From Candidatus Dojkabacteria bacterium (GTDB lineage Bacteria; Patescibacteriota; Dojkabacteria; B142; OLB20): a stretch of DNA of 64,000 nucleotides. The notes beneath the pieces were generated by a model that saw only the letters and a program-made list of their open reading frames with translations, was not told the DNA's origin and made no database searches. How positions within the stretch are numbered: the first letter of the stretch is position 1; each line of letters starts with the position of its first letter. Made by a program: the position numbers and the translations under genes. Shown here piece after piece: positions 19,078 through 27,957 of this stretch. The stretch lies in contig DAOMOX010000002.1 in NCBI GenBank assembly GCA_035444565.1, positions 211,207-275,206 on the forward strand, written 5' to 3'.

Positions 19078-21354
19078 TTAACCTTGTGTAACATTTGGTC
19101 CAATATTCTGATTATTATTAGTTGTGTTAGCTTGAGGATAATTTACACCAAGTTGATTAATGTTTGAATATTGATTCGTTGGAGGCTGATTTGGCGTATT
19201 ATAGCCAATATTAGGTTGCATTTGTTGATTAACTCCGCCTGCATTCATTGGGGCAGGATTTTGCGGATACATTGGTTGTATATTCTGAGGAGTGGAGTTC
19301 GGGGTAGTCGTGATATTACCTCCAACATTCTGAGCATTTTGACTCATACCAGATTGACCTTGGTTTAGATAACTAGCTCCTGGGGTATTAGTTGCAGGTG
19401 TATTTTGAACAACATTAGTAATATTAGGATCTTTGGCAGTTTGAGGATTAGCCATCTCTTCGGAAATTGGAATTTGTAATTTCTCCAACCTTTGTTTCTC
19501 AGCCTTTTGAAGATTTGCATCTTCCATAGCTCTCATCTCTCTCGGATTAGTTGTTATAAGATTATGTTCATTTTCACTCGCAATAACTTGAATACCTACA
19601 TGATTATTTCCCGCAAAGAAGATACCTTCGCCGATTCCAGCAGTGAGTAGATATTGCTTTTCTCCCATTGATAGGTAGAAGACTTTTTGAAGTTTATCTG
19701 CTGCCGCTGTACTTTGTTTCAATAACACTTGAATTGATGAGTTGGTTACCACAGCTCTTCCATAATCCGTTCCAAGGAAGTCCTCTACGTCTTGGGTAAT
19801 TGTAGTCAAACCAAGTGCGTATTTTCTAGCTCTTTTTGCGATAGAGTGTAAGAACCTAGCACCCTCTTCGAATTGCATCATCCACCAAGCTTCGTCAATG
19901 ATTAATAAGCGCTCTCTTCTGTCTTTTTTAACTCTAGTCCAGATGTAATCCAACATCAGGTACATAGCAATTGGCCTCAGATCTTCAGCTAAATCTCTAA
20001 TACTAAAGACTGTGAATGAGTTTTTGATTTCGATGTTTGTTTTTTGGTCAAAAATACCTGCCGAACTACCTTTGATATATTTTTCAATCTTTTGTGCTAG
20101 CACATGTGCTTCATTTTCAGCCATTGCCATCAAAACTTTGTACAAGTCCTCTAGCAGTGGAGGTTCTCTTCTTTGGGTTGCAGGGTCAGGGGTTATGCCT
20201 TTTTCTTTATAAGTTAGTATTAATGCCCTATCAAGTATGGAACTCTCCATAGAAGTCAATGTTCCACCAACCATAAGCCTGATTAAACCATTTAATAGCA
20301 GAATTTTAAATCTCAATTCGTCTTCGTCTTTATCATAAATACCCGAAAGTTCGAATGGATTAAGTTTCTGACCTCCATCTTGAGAGAATGAGATATAATC
20401 ACCACCAGCAGTTAAACAAAGTTTTTCATATTCCTTCTCAGGGTCAATGATGATTATCTGTGTTCCCATCATTAAACTTCTGATGGCTTCAAGTTTGACC
20501 ATATAACTTTTTCCAGCTCCAGATGTAGCGAAAACTACCATGTTTGCATTTGGCATTTGGAACCTATCGAATATAATCAGACTTTTATTATGTTTATTAA
20601 TTCCGTAGAGGATTCCATCATCCATGGTAAGCTCGGATGAGACAAATGGAAAGGTAGTTGCAAGAGAAGTGGTATCCATATTTCTTGTAAGGTATATTTT
20701 GTCCATTCCCAGTGGCATACTAGTCACAAAGCCTTGCTCTTGTTGAAGTGATGCGATTTTAGTAATTACACCAAGAGCTGATAATGTTGATTCAACGTTT
20801 CTTGAGATTTTCTCTAATTCTTGTAGATTCGTTGATCTTATAGTTATATAGAGTGCAAAATGGAAAAACTTTTCATTACCACTAGCAATTGCTTGTTGTA
20901 ACTCTTCTGCATCTTTGAGGGTGATTTTGATATTTGGATCAGGGATTTTACCAGCTTCAACGTCGATATTTAAAGATGCTTGTAACTCAGCAATTTTTCT
21001 TTTCAATCTAGATAAAATCAGTGCTGAATCAACAGGATAATAAAAAGAGCTGATAGTAAGGGGTCTTTCAAAATTGATAAGTGGTGACAACCAGTTTGCA
21101 CTTACCCATCTTGGGAATCCCGTTGCAAAAAAAGTACGGAAGTACTTGCCCCCGATAAGCATATGATTGAAGTCGATTTCAATCGCCGGTGGAGCAATAA
21201 TGTCTTTGACATCCACTACTGCCTTTGAAAAATCGTCAACTGCAGCCTGTTCAAGTTGATTTTGATCAGGAGCTCCCACCATTTGAACTTGTGGAGAGTT
21301 GCTTTTCTGACCTTTTTTTAATTTATCAAATATTTTAAGTTTTGGTATTTTCAT
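19078..21354 (-). CDS. VirB4/TrbE/TraC-family type-IV-secretion ATPase with Asn/Gln/Pro-rich C-terminal tail
   Basis: N-terminal CagE/TrbE/VirB4 region (GGKYFRTFFATGFPRWVSANWLSPL), Walker A VVFATSGAGKSY and Walker B LLIIDEAWWM (the DEAW signature). The last 123 aa are low-complexity N/Q/P/T-rich. Confidence 0.8.
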   Translation of the reverse strand: MKIPKLKIFDKLKKGQKSNSPQVQMVGAPDQNQLEQAAVDDFSKAVVDVKDIIAPPAIEIDFNHMLIGGKYFRTFFATGFPRWVSANWLSPLINFERPLTISSFYYPVDSALILSRLKRKIAELQASLNIDVEAGKIPDPNIKITLKDAEELQQAIASGNEKFFHFALYITIRSTNLQELEKISRNVESTLSALGVITKIASLQQEQGFVTSMPLGMDKIYLTRNMDTTSLATTFPFVSSELTMDDGILYGINKHNKSLIIFDRFQMPNANMVVFATSGAGKSYMVKLEAIRSLMMGTQIIIIDPEKEYEKLCLTAGGDYISFSQDGGQKLNPFELSGIYDKDEDELRFKILLLNGLIRLMVGGTLTSMESSILDRALILTYKEKGITPDPATQRREPPLLEDLYKVLMAMAENEAHVLAQKIEKYIKGSSAGIFDQKTNIEIKNSFTVFSIRDLAEDLRPIAMYLMLDYIWTRVKKDRRERLLIIDEAWWMMQFEEGARFLHSIAKRARKYALGLTTITQDVEDFLGTDYGRAVVTNSSIQVLLKQSTAAADKLQKVFYLSMGEKQYLLTAGIGEGIFFAGNNHVGIQVIASENEHNLITTNPREMRAMEDANLQKAEKQRLEKLQIPISEEMANPQTAKDPNITNVVQNTPATNTPGASYLNQGQSGMSQNAQNVGGNITTTPNSTPQNIQPMYPQNPAPMNAGGVNQQMQPNIGYNTPNQPPTNQYSNINQLGVNYPQANTTNNNQNIGPNVTQG

Positions 21355-22018
21355 CCGCTTTAAATGAAGTATATTTAGTTGTAGCCAACTCCAAATTCTT
21401 CGCTCCGATTTTGTCAGGATCGTACATAGAATAATAAAGTCTTACTAGTTGTTCGTTATTTAACTGCCAAGTCTCAATTCCCATTTTCTTAAATTGTTTA
21501 AATACATGATCACGCTTAGGATACAAATTAATTTTAGCTTTATCGAAAATTGCTTTACGATTCGTAATTTGAATTCTTTTTCCAAATATTTGCTTAACTA
21601 TTCCCGTCCTTTGAACCTCTGCAGAAATCTCCGGAATTACTATGAAAAATCTTTTATCCAAGACTTCTCTATTGTATGTTAGATTTTTTATGAATTGTAA
21701 GTAGATTTCAATTTGTCGAATTAATGCCTTTGATGCTTGTTGTTGTTTAAAAGATACTAATTTTTCAACATATGCTGTTAAATCAGAGCGTTCTGTTAAA
21801 ATTACTACCTGCATTTGGAAATTAAGAGAATTTAACATTCCTGCGAACATCTTTATTTTTGCATCTTGTTCCTCCTCGGATAAAAGATCAAAGTTTACAG
21901 CACCAGTTTCAATAACCAATGATACTCTTCCATCTTTTAATAAAACCAAGTCATCTCTAATGTCTTCGATTTCAAGATGATCTTGAGTACTTATTTTTGA
22001 ATTTGAAACTATTCCCAT
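21335..22018 (-). CDS. hypothetical protein resembling the detached extreme N-terminal segment of VirB4
   Basis: 227-aa soluble ORF carrying LLKDGRVSLVIETGAVNFDLLSEEEQDAKIKMFAGMLNSL, the pattern of the VirB4 N-terminus. It overlaps the VirB4-like gene start by 20 nt. Confidence 0.4.
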   Translation of the reverse strand: MGIVSNSKISTQDHLEIEDIRDDLVLLKDGRVSLVIETGAVNFDLLSEEEQDAKIKMFAGMLNSLNFQMQVVILTERSDLTAYVEKLVSFKQQQASKALIRQIEIYLQFIKNLTYNREVLDKRFFIVIPEISAEVQRTGIVKQIFGKRIQITNRKAIFDKAKINLYPKRDHVFKQFKKMGIETWQLNNEQLVRLYYSMYDPDKIGAKNLELATTKYTSFKADENTKT

Positions 22019-22815
22019 TATTTAGCTTTAAACTTATAAAGAATGTCTTGGTTATCTTTTACATTTATTCTGTAATACTCAAAGACTAATTTAGGTGCCG
22101 CAATGCTTACAAAATAAACACCTGGACTAAGAGCCGTATCTAAATTAAACTGTCCTTTATCATCTGTAGTTACTTCGTTGATAAATTCACCGCTCTCAGA
22201 GTTTACACTAACTAACGCACCTTGTACTGGATTATCTTTATTATCTACTACAAATCCTTTAATCATTATTGTTTTAGATGAGCTGCCTTGTTCAGAAGTA
22301 ATTGTAGATGTATTTAGAGAAGTATCTGATGATTGTGTCCCGAACATTTCTTGTTCAATTTGTTTTAATCTTAGCTCCTCCTCTCTATCAGCAACAGTAA
22401 ACTCTTTCTGTACTTCAAATTTAGTCAGCGGAGCTACGGATGCTCGAATACGGCCTTCTTTTTTAACTTTCTCTAATGTTTCTTCTTTTGTTCTTTTCAC
22501 TTCTTCATGAAAAACATCTGGAACAACCCCAGTTTTTTTCCAAACTCGCTCTTGGGAAGTAAACATTGCAACAATGAAATTAGTCAACCACACAGAAGAA
22601 TATTGACCATTAATTTTTATCAGAGAAAGAAAAATCCCTAATATTACTGCGATTATAATTAATACAACTCTCAGAATCCCAGGTAAAGGTGTGAAATATA
22701 TTCCCAATGCTATCATCAGTAAGGTCGCAAGATAGGCAAATTGTTTTACAGAGAGAGCACCAAAGAGTTTGAACTCTACTTCCATTATGTTTTGTGGGAC
22801 TGCGTGTCTCTCCAT
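22018..22815 (-). CDS. 2-TM membrane protein (VirB3-like topology) fused to a carboxypeptidase-regulatory-like beta-sandwich domain
   Basis: N-terminal hairpin of two TM helices (LATLLMIALGIYFTPLPGILRVVLIIIAVILGIFL). The C-terminus (GFVVDNKDNPVQGALVSVNSESGEFINEVTTDDKGQFNLD) resembles a CarboxypepD_reg domain. It overlaps the next gene by 1 nt. Confidence 0.45.
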   Translation of the reverse strand: MERHAVPQNIMEVEFKLFGALSVKQFAYLATLLMIALGIYFTPLPGILRVVLIIIAVILGIFLSLIKINGQYSSVWLTNFIVAMFTSQERVWKKTGVVPDVFHEEVKRTKEETLEKVKKEGRIRASVAPLTKFEVQKEFTVADREEELRLKQIEQEMFGTQSSDTSLNTSTITSEQGSSSKTIMIKGFVVDNKDNPVQGALVSVNSESGEFINEVTTDDKGQFNLDTALSPGVYFVSIAAPKLVFEYYRINVKDNQDILYKFKAK

Positions 22816-23283
22816 TTATTTGATACTTTTTATAACAAAATCAACCGAGCCACCTGGTGTTGGAACGGTTACTTTATCACCTTTCTTTTTGCCTGAGAGT
22901 GATTTCCCCAGAGGTGAATCCATGGAAATTTTTCTTTCCGTAGGATCAGCTTCGTTATGTCCGACGATGATGTATTCCACATCTGCTCCTCCATCAGACT
23001 TTTGAATAGTAACTCTCCTTCCCAAATCAACAACTCCAGAATTTGATTTAGTTGAAATTTCTGCATTTGATAATAATTCTTTTAGTTGATTTATTCGATT
23101 TTCGTTAAATTCCTTTGATTCAATAGCCGATTTATAGGCAGCATTTTCCGATAAATCACCTTGTTGTCTAGCTTTCTCGATTTCGTCTGCAATTTTAGTT
23201 CGAACTATTGTCTCCCTTTCTTCTATTTCAGAAACAATTTTATCGTAACCTTCTTGTGTAAAAATTTGTTTTGGATTATTCAT
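22816..23283 (-). CDS. greA: transcription elongation factor GreA
   Basis: 155 aa with a GDLSENAAYKSA motif and a C-terminal FKBP-like domain. It is embedded between the 1036-aa gene and the VirB3-like gene with 0-1 nt spacers. Confidence 0.9.
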   Translation of the reverse strand: MNNPKQIFTQEGYDKIVSEIEERETIVRTKIADEIEKARQQGDLSENAAYKSAIESKEFNENRINQLKELLSNAEISTKSNSGVVDLGRRVTIQKSDGGADVEYIIVGHNEADPTERKISMDSPLGKSLSGKKKGDKVTVPTPGGSVDFVIKSIK

Positions 23284-23284
23284 A

Positions 23285-26200
23285 TTATTTTTTTAATTCA
23301 AACTTAAAAATCTTATCTCCTGTCAGAACACCAGAATATATGTATTTATTATTATCTTTAATAAAATCAGTGCCTTCCGGAGTTACATCGAATTCTGGGT
23401 CAAATGCAATCTCTAAATCATAGTTGCTCTCTATTCCAGGATTCTTGTTTAATCTTAACATAAAAATCGTTTGTTTTGTTTCCGGATTTGCGAATTGACT
23501 AGATGTAAAGCTCATTCCATAAGATAAATCATCATCTTCTAAATAGATATTACAAGTCTTATCTGTTGAATAAGTTGTTGATACTAACTCTGGGGCTACA
23601 TCAATATTTTCAATATTTTGAGCACCACCATTTACACACAAATATCCATTTTGTAAATTATCAACATTATTCAACCTCAAATTGAGCGTAGACTTTGCAA
23701 TATAGTCAGCATCGATATTGATAGCACCAGATATTGTCGAAATCGGGTACTTAATCAGATCGCTTTTTGCATCTGGATTGTGATTCATTCCAAAGAATAT
23801 TTCTGCATTAGGCGAATAGCCAACACCTGTAATTGACCTGAGAAATGATTCAAACTCTGGGTTATTTGAATAGTAGAGCATATCTTTCGTATTATGTGAA
23901 TATACCAATGTATTCACTATGTCGTTTATATTGTTATTAAGATTATTAAACGCATCAGCTATATTTTTTGCATATAAATTCATAATAATCTCATTCCTGG
24001 CAATTAAGTCATTTGAATTGTTTAAAAGACTAATGTTATTCAGCAAATTATCATCATTAAAATTAAGTTGTCGGAAATTAATATCACCTTGGTTTTGCAT
24101 AGCATTACTCAAAGTACCGACATTTGTGGAGATAACTAAGTCAATATTAGATTTCGTGTTTAGTTCGAAATTTCTTTCAATTACTCTTAAGAAAAGATTC
24201 GGTTCGGAAATATTGTATAAATCCTGAAAGACGATATTCTCTGCGCTAACTTCCTTACTGGAAACTAAATTTATAGAAGAAACCACATCACTTGAAACCA
24301 CATCCTTGTTTAATACAGGCGTTTTGAGGATTTCTGTATTCAATGTCTTTAATGTACCTTGGTCTATGGTGAAATTGATATAACCAACAATAGCACCGCC
24401 AGAGCTACTATACCTCGTATTGTCTTGAACAACTACCAAGTAATTTATTGGCTTTTCTCGCCCCATCAGTAATGGAAGATTATTATACTGATTTGCAATG
24501 AATTGCGAGGCTTTAAATTTCTCATCTAAATCAAGCATTTTTTCTGATGTATTTTGTATTAATTCTGCAGGAAGTCTTTGAGAGTATACGTATGCTTCTT
24601 CTTTTGATGAGGAAATCCGCCCTAAACTATCTTCAATGATTCCTCTTTGAGCATACATAGTATCCAACTCTTCTTTGAAGTTTTCACTGTCATTAGTGCT
24701 TAGCAATCTGTCCTCACCAAATCTGTATACAATACTCGGATTCGAATTATTAATAAATGTTTGCATAGGAATATATGCGTTCAATAAATCGGTATACCCT
24801 TCTGAGTAATCAATTGAACTCGCAAGATATTTCTGAGTAGAACTATATAAATCTTCTTTATTTAACAAAGAAAACAAATACTGTAAATCTTCAACTCTTG
24901 CCTGCGCTGACTCTAAGTTATCTTTAAGTTTAAGGTTATTGTCACTTGCTTCTACGAAGTTTAAGCTAGATACGTTTTCGATTACCCGATCATAATAAAC
25001 CCTCGTGAAAAATATATTTCTACTTAAACTAAACAGCGGAGAAATCAGCATGAAATAAATTACAGCAAATCCCGTGATTAGAAACAATGTTACAACGAAA
25101 TCGGTAACTGTGACGTTTTTTAGGAAAAATATTCTTCTACTAAATCCAAATAAAATATCATGAAGTGAAGTGTCAATTTTTTGTAGTATTGATTGTTTTT
25201 CCTTAGGTTTCTTGGATGATTTGTTGTTTACGTTCGCCTGTATCATGTTTCCTGTTCTGGCCATATCAAGCTTCTTCCTTTCTGCAATTAATTTAGAAAT
25301 CGCGTCACCATCACCACCTTCATTCTCAGCAACGAAAAAGAAATCACGAATTTTTTCAGACATGTTCTTAGTATTTGATACTTTCAATGAAGCATCCTCT
25401 TTAAGTGCTTTCTCAATTATTAATAGTTCTTGAATATACTCAATGGTTTGAATTAATGATCTATCAAACTCAATACGAGGTCTCCAGCCAATAGTTACTA
25501 AACTCTCTGCAGGTTTATACAATATTAATGAAGGATATTGGTCGTCTTCACTATCAAATCGTATCTCTCTTGCTGTAGGCAATAATTCTAAGAGTTTATA
25601 TGCAATTGAAAGTATTGTGACTTCTTCTGGATTAGCTAATGTGAATATTTTTCCTTTTGTACTCGCGGAGAATTGCGCTTTCAACACTCCATAAGCTGCA
25701 TCAAGATAATGAATGTAGTAATTAGCTTCTAATCCATCACCAGGTACTTTCAAGTCTTTTCCTTCAAGCCCATACCTAATAAGTTTAATGAGACTAGAAT
25801 TTTGATCAAATTCTGTACCTCGGCCAATTATTTCACCTAGTCTTAATATTCTGGCATTTATCCCCACTCTCTGAATGTACTCTTGAACCAAACTTTCAGA
25901 GTATCTTTGTATCTCAAGCTCCATATATTGTGAATGGTTCGAAGTACTATTCAGCCCGTAATTGTAATCGAGATGAGCATTTGAAATATTTAATTGATGT
26001 GCTTTTATTGAAGTTGTTAGAAGGAATTTGGAGTCAAATTTTGAACATAAATCCAAGATTGAATCTAAATAGTTAGAATTTTGCAGGTACTTTTGAGTAG
26101 AGATTTTTTCTTTAAGGTGTGTTGATTTATGTTCGAAATAAAACACATAATCAAGCCTGCGTAAATCAAGACCTAAGGTATTAATCGCAGAGAAATTTAG

Positions 26201-26395
26201 AACTGTAAGATTTTTGTACTTAACTAGTGGATCAAGAAGCTTACGAGATGCGTTGCTTTCACTGTCAATGATAATCACGTAACCACCCTGTTCCAGCAAG
26301 GATCGTGCGATCTCGACACCAAGTACATTCGCACCTTTAACGATAATAGAGGTAGGAAACCTCACTGAACCATGTAATTTTTTAACTACATTCAT
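23285..26395 (-). CDS. giant membrane protein: cytoplasmic SDR/epimerase-like N-domain, single TM helix and large extracytoplasmic C-domain
   Basis: The N-terminus is Rossmann-like (IIVKGANVLGVEIARSLLEQGGYVIIID) with a YxxxK motif (AAYGVLK). A TM helix sits near residue 440 (VTDFVVTLFLITGFAVIYFMLISPLF). An approximately 580-aa N/S/L-rich C-terminal region has no recognised motif. Confidence 0.55.
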   Translation of the reverse strand: MNVVKKLHGSVRFPTSIIVKGANVLGVEIARSLLEQGGYVIIIDSESNASRKLLDPLVKYKNLTVLNFSAINTLGLDLRRLDYVFYFEHKSTHLKEKISTQKYLQNSNYLDSILDLCSKFDSKFLLTTSIKAHQLNISNAHLDYNYGLNSTSNHSQYMELEIQRYSESLVQEYIQRVGINARILRLGEIIGRGTEFDQNSSLIKLIRYGLEGKDLKVPGDGLEANYYIHYLDAAYGVLKAQFSASTKGKIFTLANPEEVTILSIAYKLLELLPTAREIRFDSEDDQYPSLILYKPAESLVTIGWRPRIEFDRSLIQTIEYIQELLIIEKALKEDASLKVSNTKNMSEKIRDFFFVAENEGGDGDAISKLIAERKKLDMARTGNMIQANVNNKSSKKPKEKQSILQKIDTSLHDILFGFSRRIFFLKNVTVTDFVVTLFLITGFAVIYFMLISPLFSLSRNIFFTRVYYDRVIENVSSLNFVEASDNNLKLKDNLESAQARVEDLQYLFSLLNKEDLYSSTQKYLASSIDYSEGYTDLLNAYIPMQTFINNSNPSIVYRFGEDRLLSTNDSENFKEELDTMYAQRGIIEDSLGRISSSKEEAYVYSQRLPAELIQNTSEKMLDLDEKFKASQFIANQYNNLPLLMGREKPINYLVVVQDNTRYSSSGGAIVGYINFTIDQGTLKTLNTEILKTPVLNKDVVSSDVVSSINLVSSKEVSAENIVFQDLYNISEPNLFLRVIERNFELNTKSNIDLVISTNVGTLSNAMQNQGDINFRQLNFNDDNLLNNISLLNNSNDLIARNEIIMNLYAKNIADAFNNLNNNINDIVNTLVYSHNTKDMLYYSNNPEFESFLRSITGVGYSPNAEIFFGMNHNPDAKSDLIKYPISTISGAINIDADYIAKSTLNLRLNNVDNLQNGYLCVNGGAQNIENIDVAPELVSTTYSTDKTCNIYLEDDDLSYGMSFTSSQFANPETKQTIFMLRLNKNPGIESNYDLEIAFDPEFDVTPEGTDFIKDNNKYIYSGVLTGDKIFKFELKK

Positions 26396-27105
26396 TGTTG
26401 GGCAGTTAATTCAACTGGTTTTGCAAATAAATTAACCTCTAAACTCAATTCGACATCTTTTAGTTTGTCTCTTTCAGACTGTTCTGTAGGTAATATTTCA
26501 ATCTCGAGTGTATCAAAACCTTTTTTACTAAATGTTAAGATATGTGTACTGTCAATGCCTATGGGAATTGACCTTAAAGGTGTTTTACCTATATCTCTTC
26601 CGTCTAGTTTAACATCTACATCATCCACTGTCGAAAGTATATCTAGGGTTGGTTCAACACCTTTTGTGAAGCTCTTTTTAGCTGTTAATATGTGACCTTC
26701 TGAAAATAATAATGATGGACCTAAATCATATCCGATAACAACGTCAACGTCATTTTCAAAATTTATATTTCTTTCGAACTCAGAATAAAACCCATCATTA
26801 CCAGGTCTCACAATCTTAATATTATGCTCTCCTGCTTCAATTGGATAAACCTCAAGAAATGACTCTTGATCAGACGTTACACCTGCAGAATTACCATCAA
26901 CGAACACTTCCAATTCTCCCGAGAAAGCCTTAACTTTCAAGCCACTATAACTATCTCTTGAATCAATACCAAATATATTAATCCACTCGAAGTTCCATGA
27001 CTGCCATGGTGACCAAAAAGCTAATAAAATTAGAGATAATATTAACAGTGAAATTCTAGTAACTTTGCGCATTTTCAATAAAAAACTAATAGGAAATCCT
27101 ATCAA
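26392..27105 (-). CDS. signal-anchored protein with two PEGA-like domains
   Basis: N-terminal hydrophobic anchor (ISLLILSLILLAFW). Two segments match the PEGA pattern (…VDG…G.TP……G.H.I…KKGF…). It overlaps the downstream 1036-aa gene by 4 nt. Confidence 0.5.
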   Translation of the reverse strand: MIGFPISFLLKMRKVTRISLLILSLILLAFWSPWQSWNFEWINIFGIDSRDSYSGLKVKAFSGELEVFVDGNSAGVTSDQESFLEVYPIEAGEHNIKIVRPGNDGFYSEFERNINFENDVDVVIGYDLGPSLLFSEGHILTAKKSFTKGVEPTLDILSTVDDVDVKLDGRDIGKTPLRSIPIGIDSTHILTFSKKGFDTLEIEILPTEQSERDKLKDVELSLEVNLFAKPVELTAQQ

Positions 27106-27192
27106 TGAAAATTATAGCAAGAGTAAATGATGATGGGAACTAAAGAATTTAAAATGCTAGTTATAATTTTCGATAATGATAAATTATTAGAA

Positions 27193-27462
27193 TCACACTT
27201 CTACCATAATTGCTCCTCGTAGTAAGGCATGATCATTATCTGGGGTAATTACAATTTTGTAAGGTTCTCTTTTTATAACATGAGAGCCAACCACCTCAAT
27301 CGGGTCACCTTGGGACAAATCAACAAATTCACCTTCAACTATTTGACCATCTGCCCATCTTGGAGCGCGAACATCTACAGTCATGAGTCCTTTCTCACCA
27401 ACTCCGAATATTCCTAATTGTACATACTTAAAATATGGAGAAGTAGACGTTTCAGTTGACAT
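27193..27462 (-). CDS. hypothetical small protein
   Basis: 89-aa ORF between rpsI and the PEGA gene with no motif recognised. Confidence 0.4.
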   Translation of the reverse strand: MSTETSTSPYFKYVQLGIFGVGEKGLMTVDVRAPRWADGQIVEGEFVDLSQGDPIEVVGSHVIKREPYKIVITPDNDHALLRGAIMVEV

Positions 27463-27498
27463 GAGTATTCCGTAACAGGTGAAATACGATTATGAAGT

Positions 27499-27957
27499 TT
27501 AACGTTTCGAGAATTGGTGAGATTTTCTAGCCTTGACTCTGCCAGTTTTCTTTCTCTCAACCATTCTATCATCTCGAGTCATGAAAGAAGCCTTTCGAAG
27601 TGTAGCTTTCAGAGTTTCGTCTGATTTGACGAATGCTCTGGCAATTCCCAAACTGATTGCTTCTCTTTGAGCTTTTTTTCCACCACCTTTAACTTTAGAT
27701 GTGAAATAGAAGTCACTTAATTTTTCGAGAAGAATTAGTGGTCCGTTTACAACTTTTTGGTCTGATTTAAGTGGGAAATATTGTTTCAGCTCCATACCAT
27801 TTATAGTGCTCGTACCTTTTGATTCGAACAATCTCACTGTAGCTACAGCTGTTTTTCTTCTTCCTAGAGCGTAGTAATATTTCTCTATTTTAGCTTTTGG
27901 TTCAGCTTTCACTTCTTTTGTGGCTTTTGGTTTTGTATCTTTTTTGGTCTCTGTCAT
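27499..27957 (-). CDS. rpsI: 30S ribosomal protein S9 (with N-terminal lysine-rich extension)
   Basis: A GRRKTAVATVRL motif and the C-terminal …KARKSHQFSKR. Confidence 0.9.
   Translation of the reverse strand: MTETKKDTKPKATKEVKAEPKAKIEKYYYALGRRKTAVATVRLFESKGTSTINGMELKQYFPLKSDQKVVNGPLILLEKLSDFYFTSKVKGGGKKAQREAISLGIARAFVKSDETLKATLRKASFMTRDDRMVERKKTGRVKARKSHQFSKR

Noticed and set aside
22769-23005. Other antisense ORFs inside large genes, for example 22769-23005, 23919-24227 and 11596-13563 on the plus strand.
   Set aside because: They are contained in strongly supported minus-strand genes and have a low-complexity composition typical of antisense frames in AT-rich DNA.
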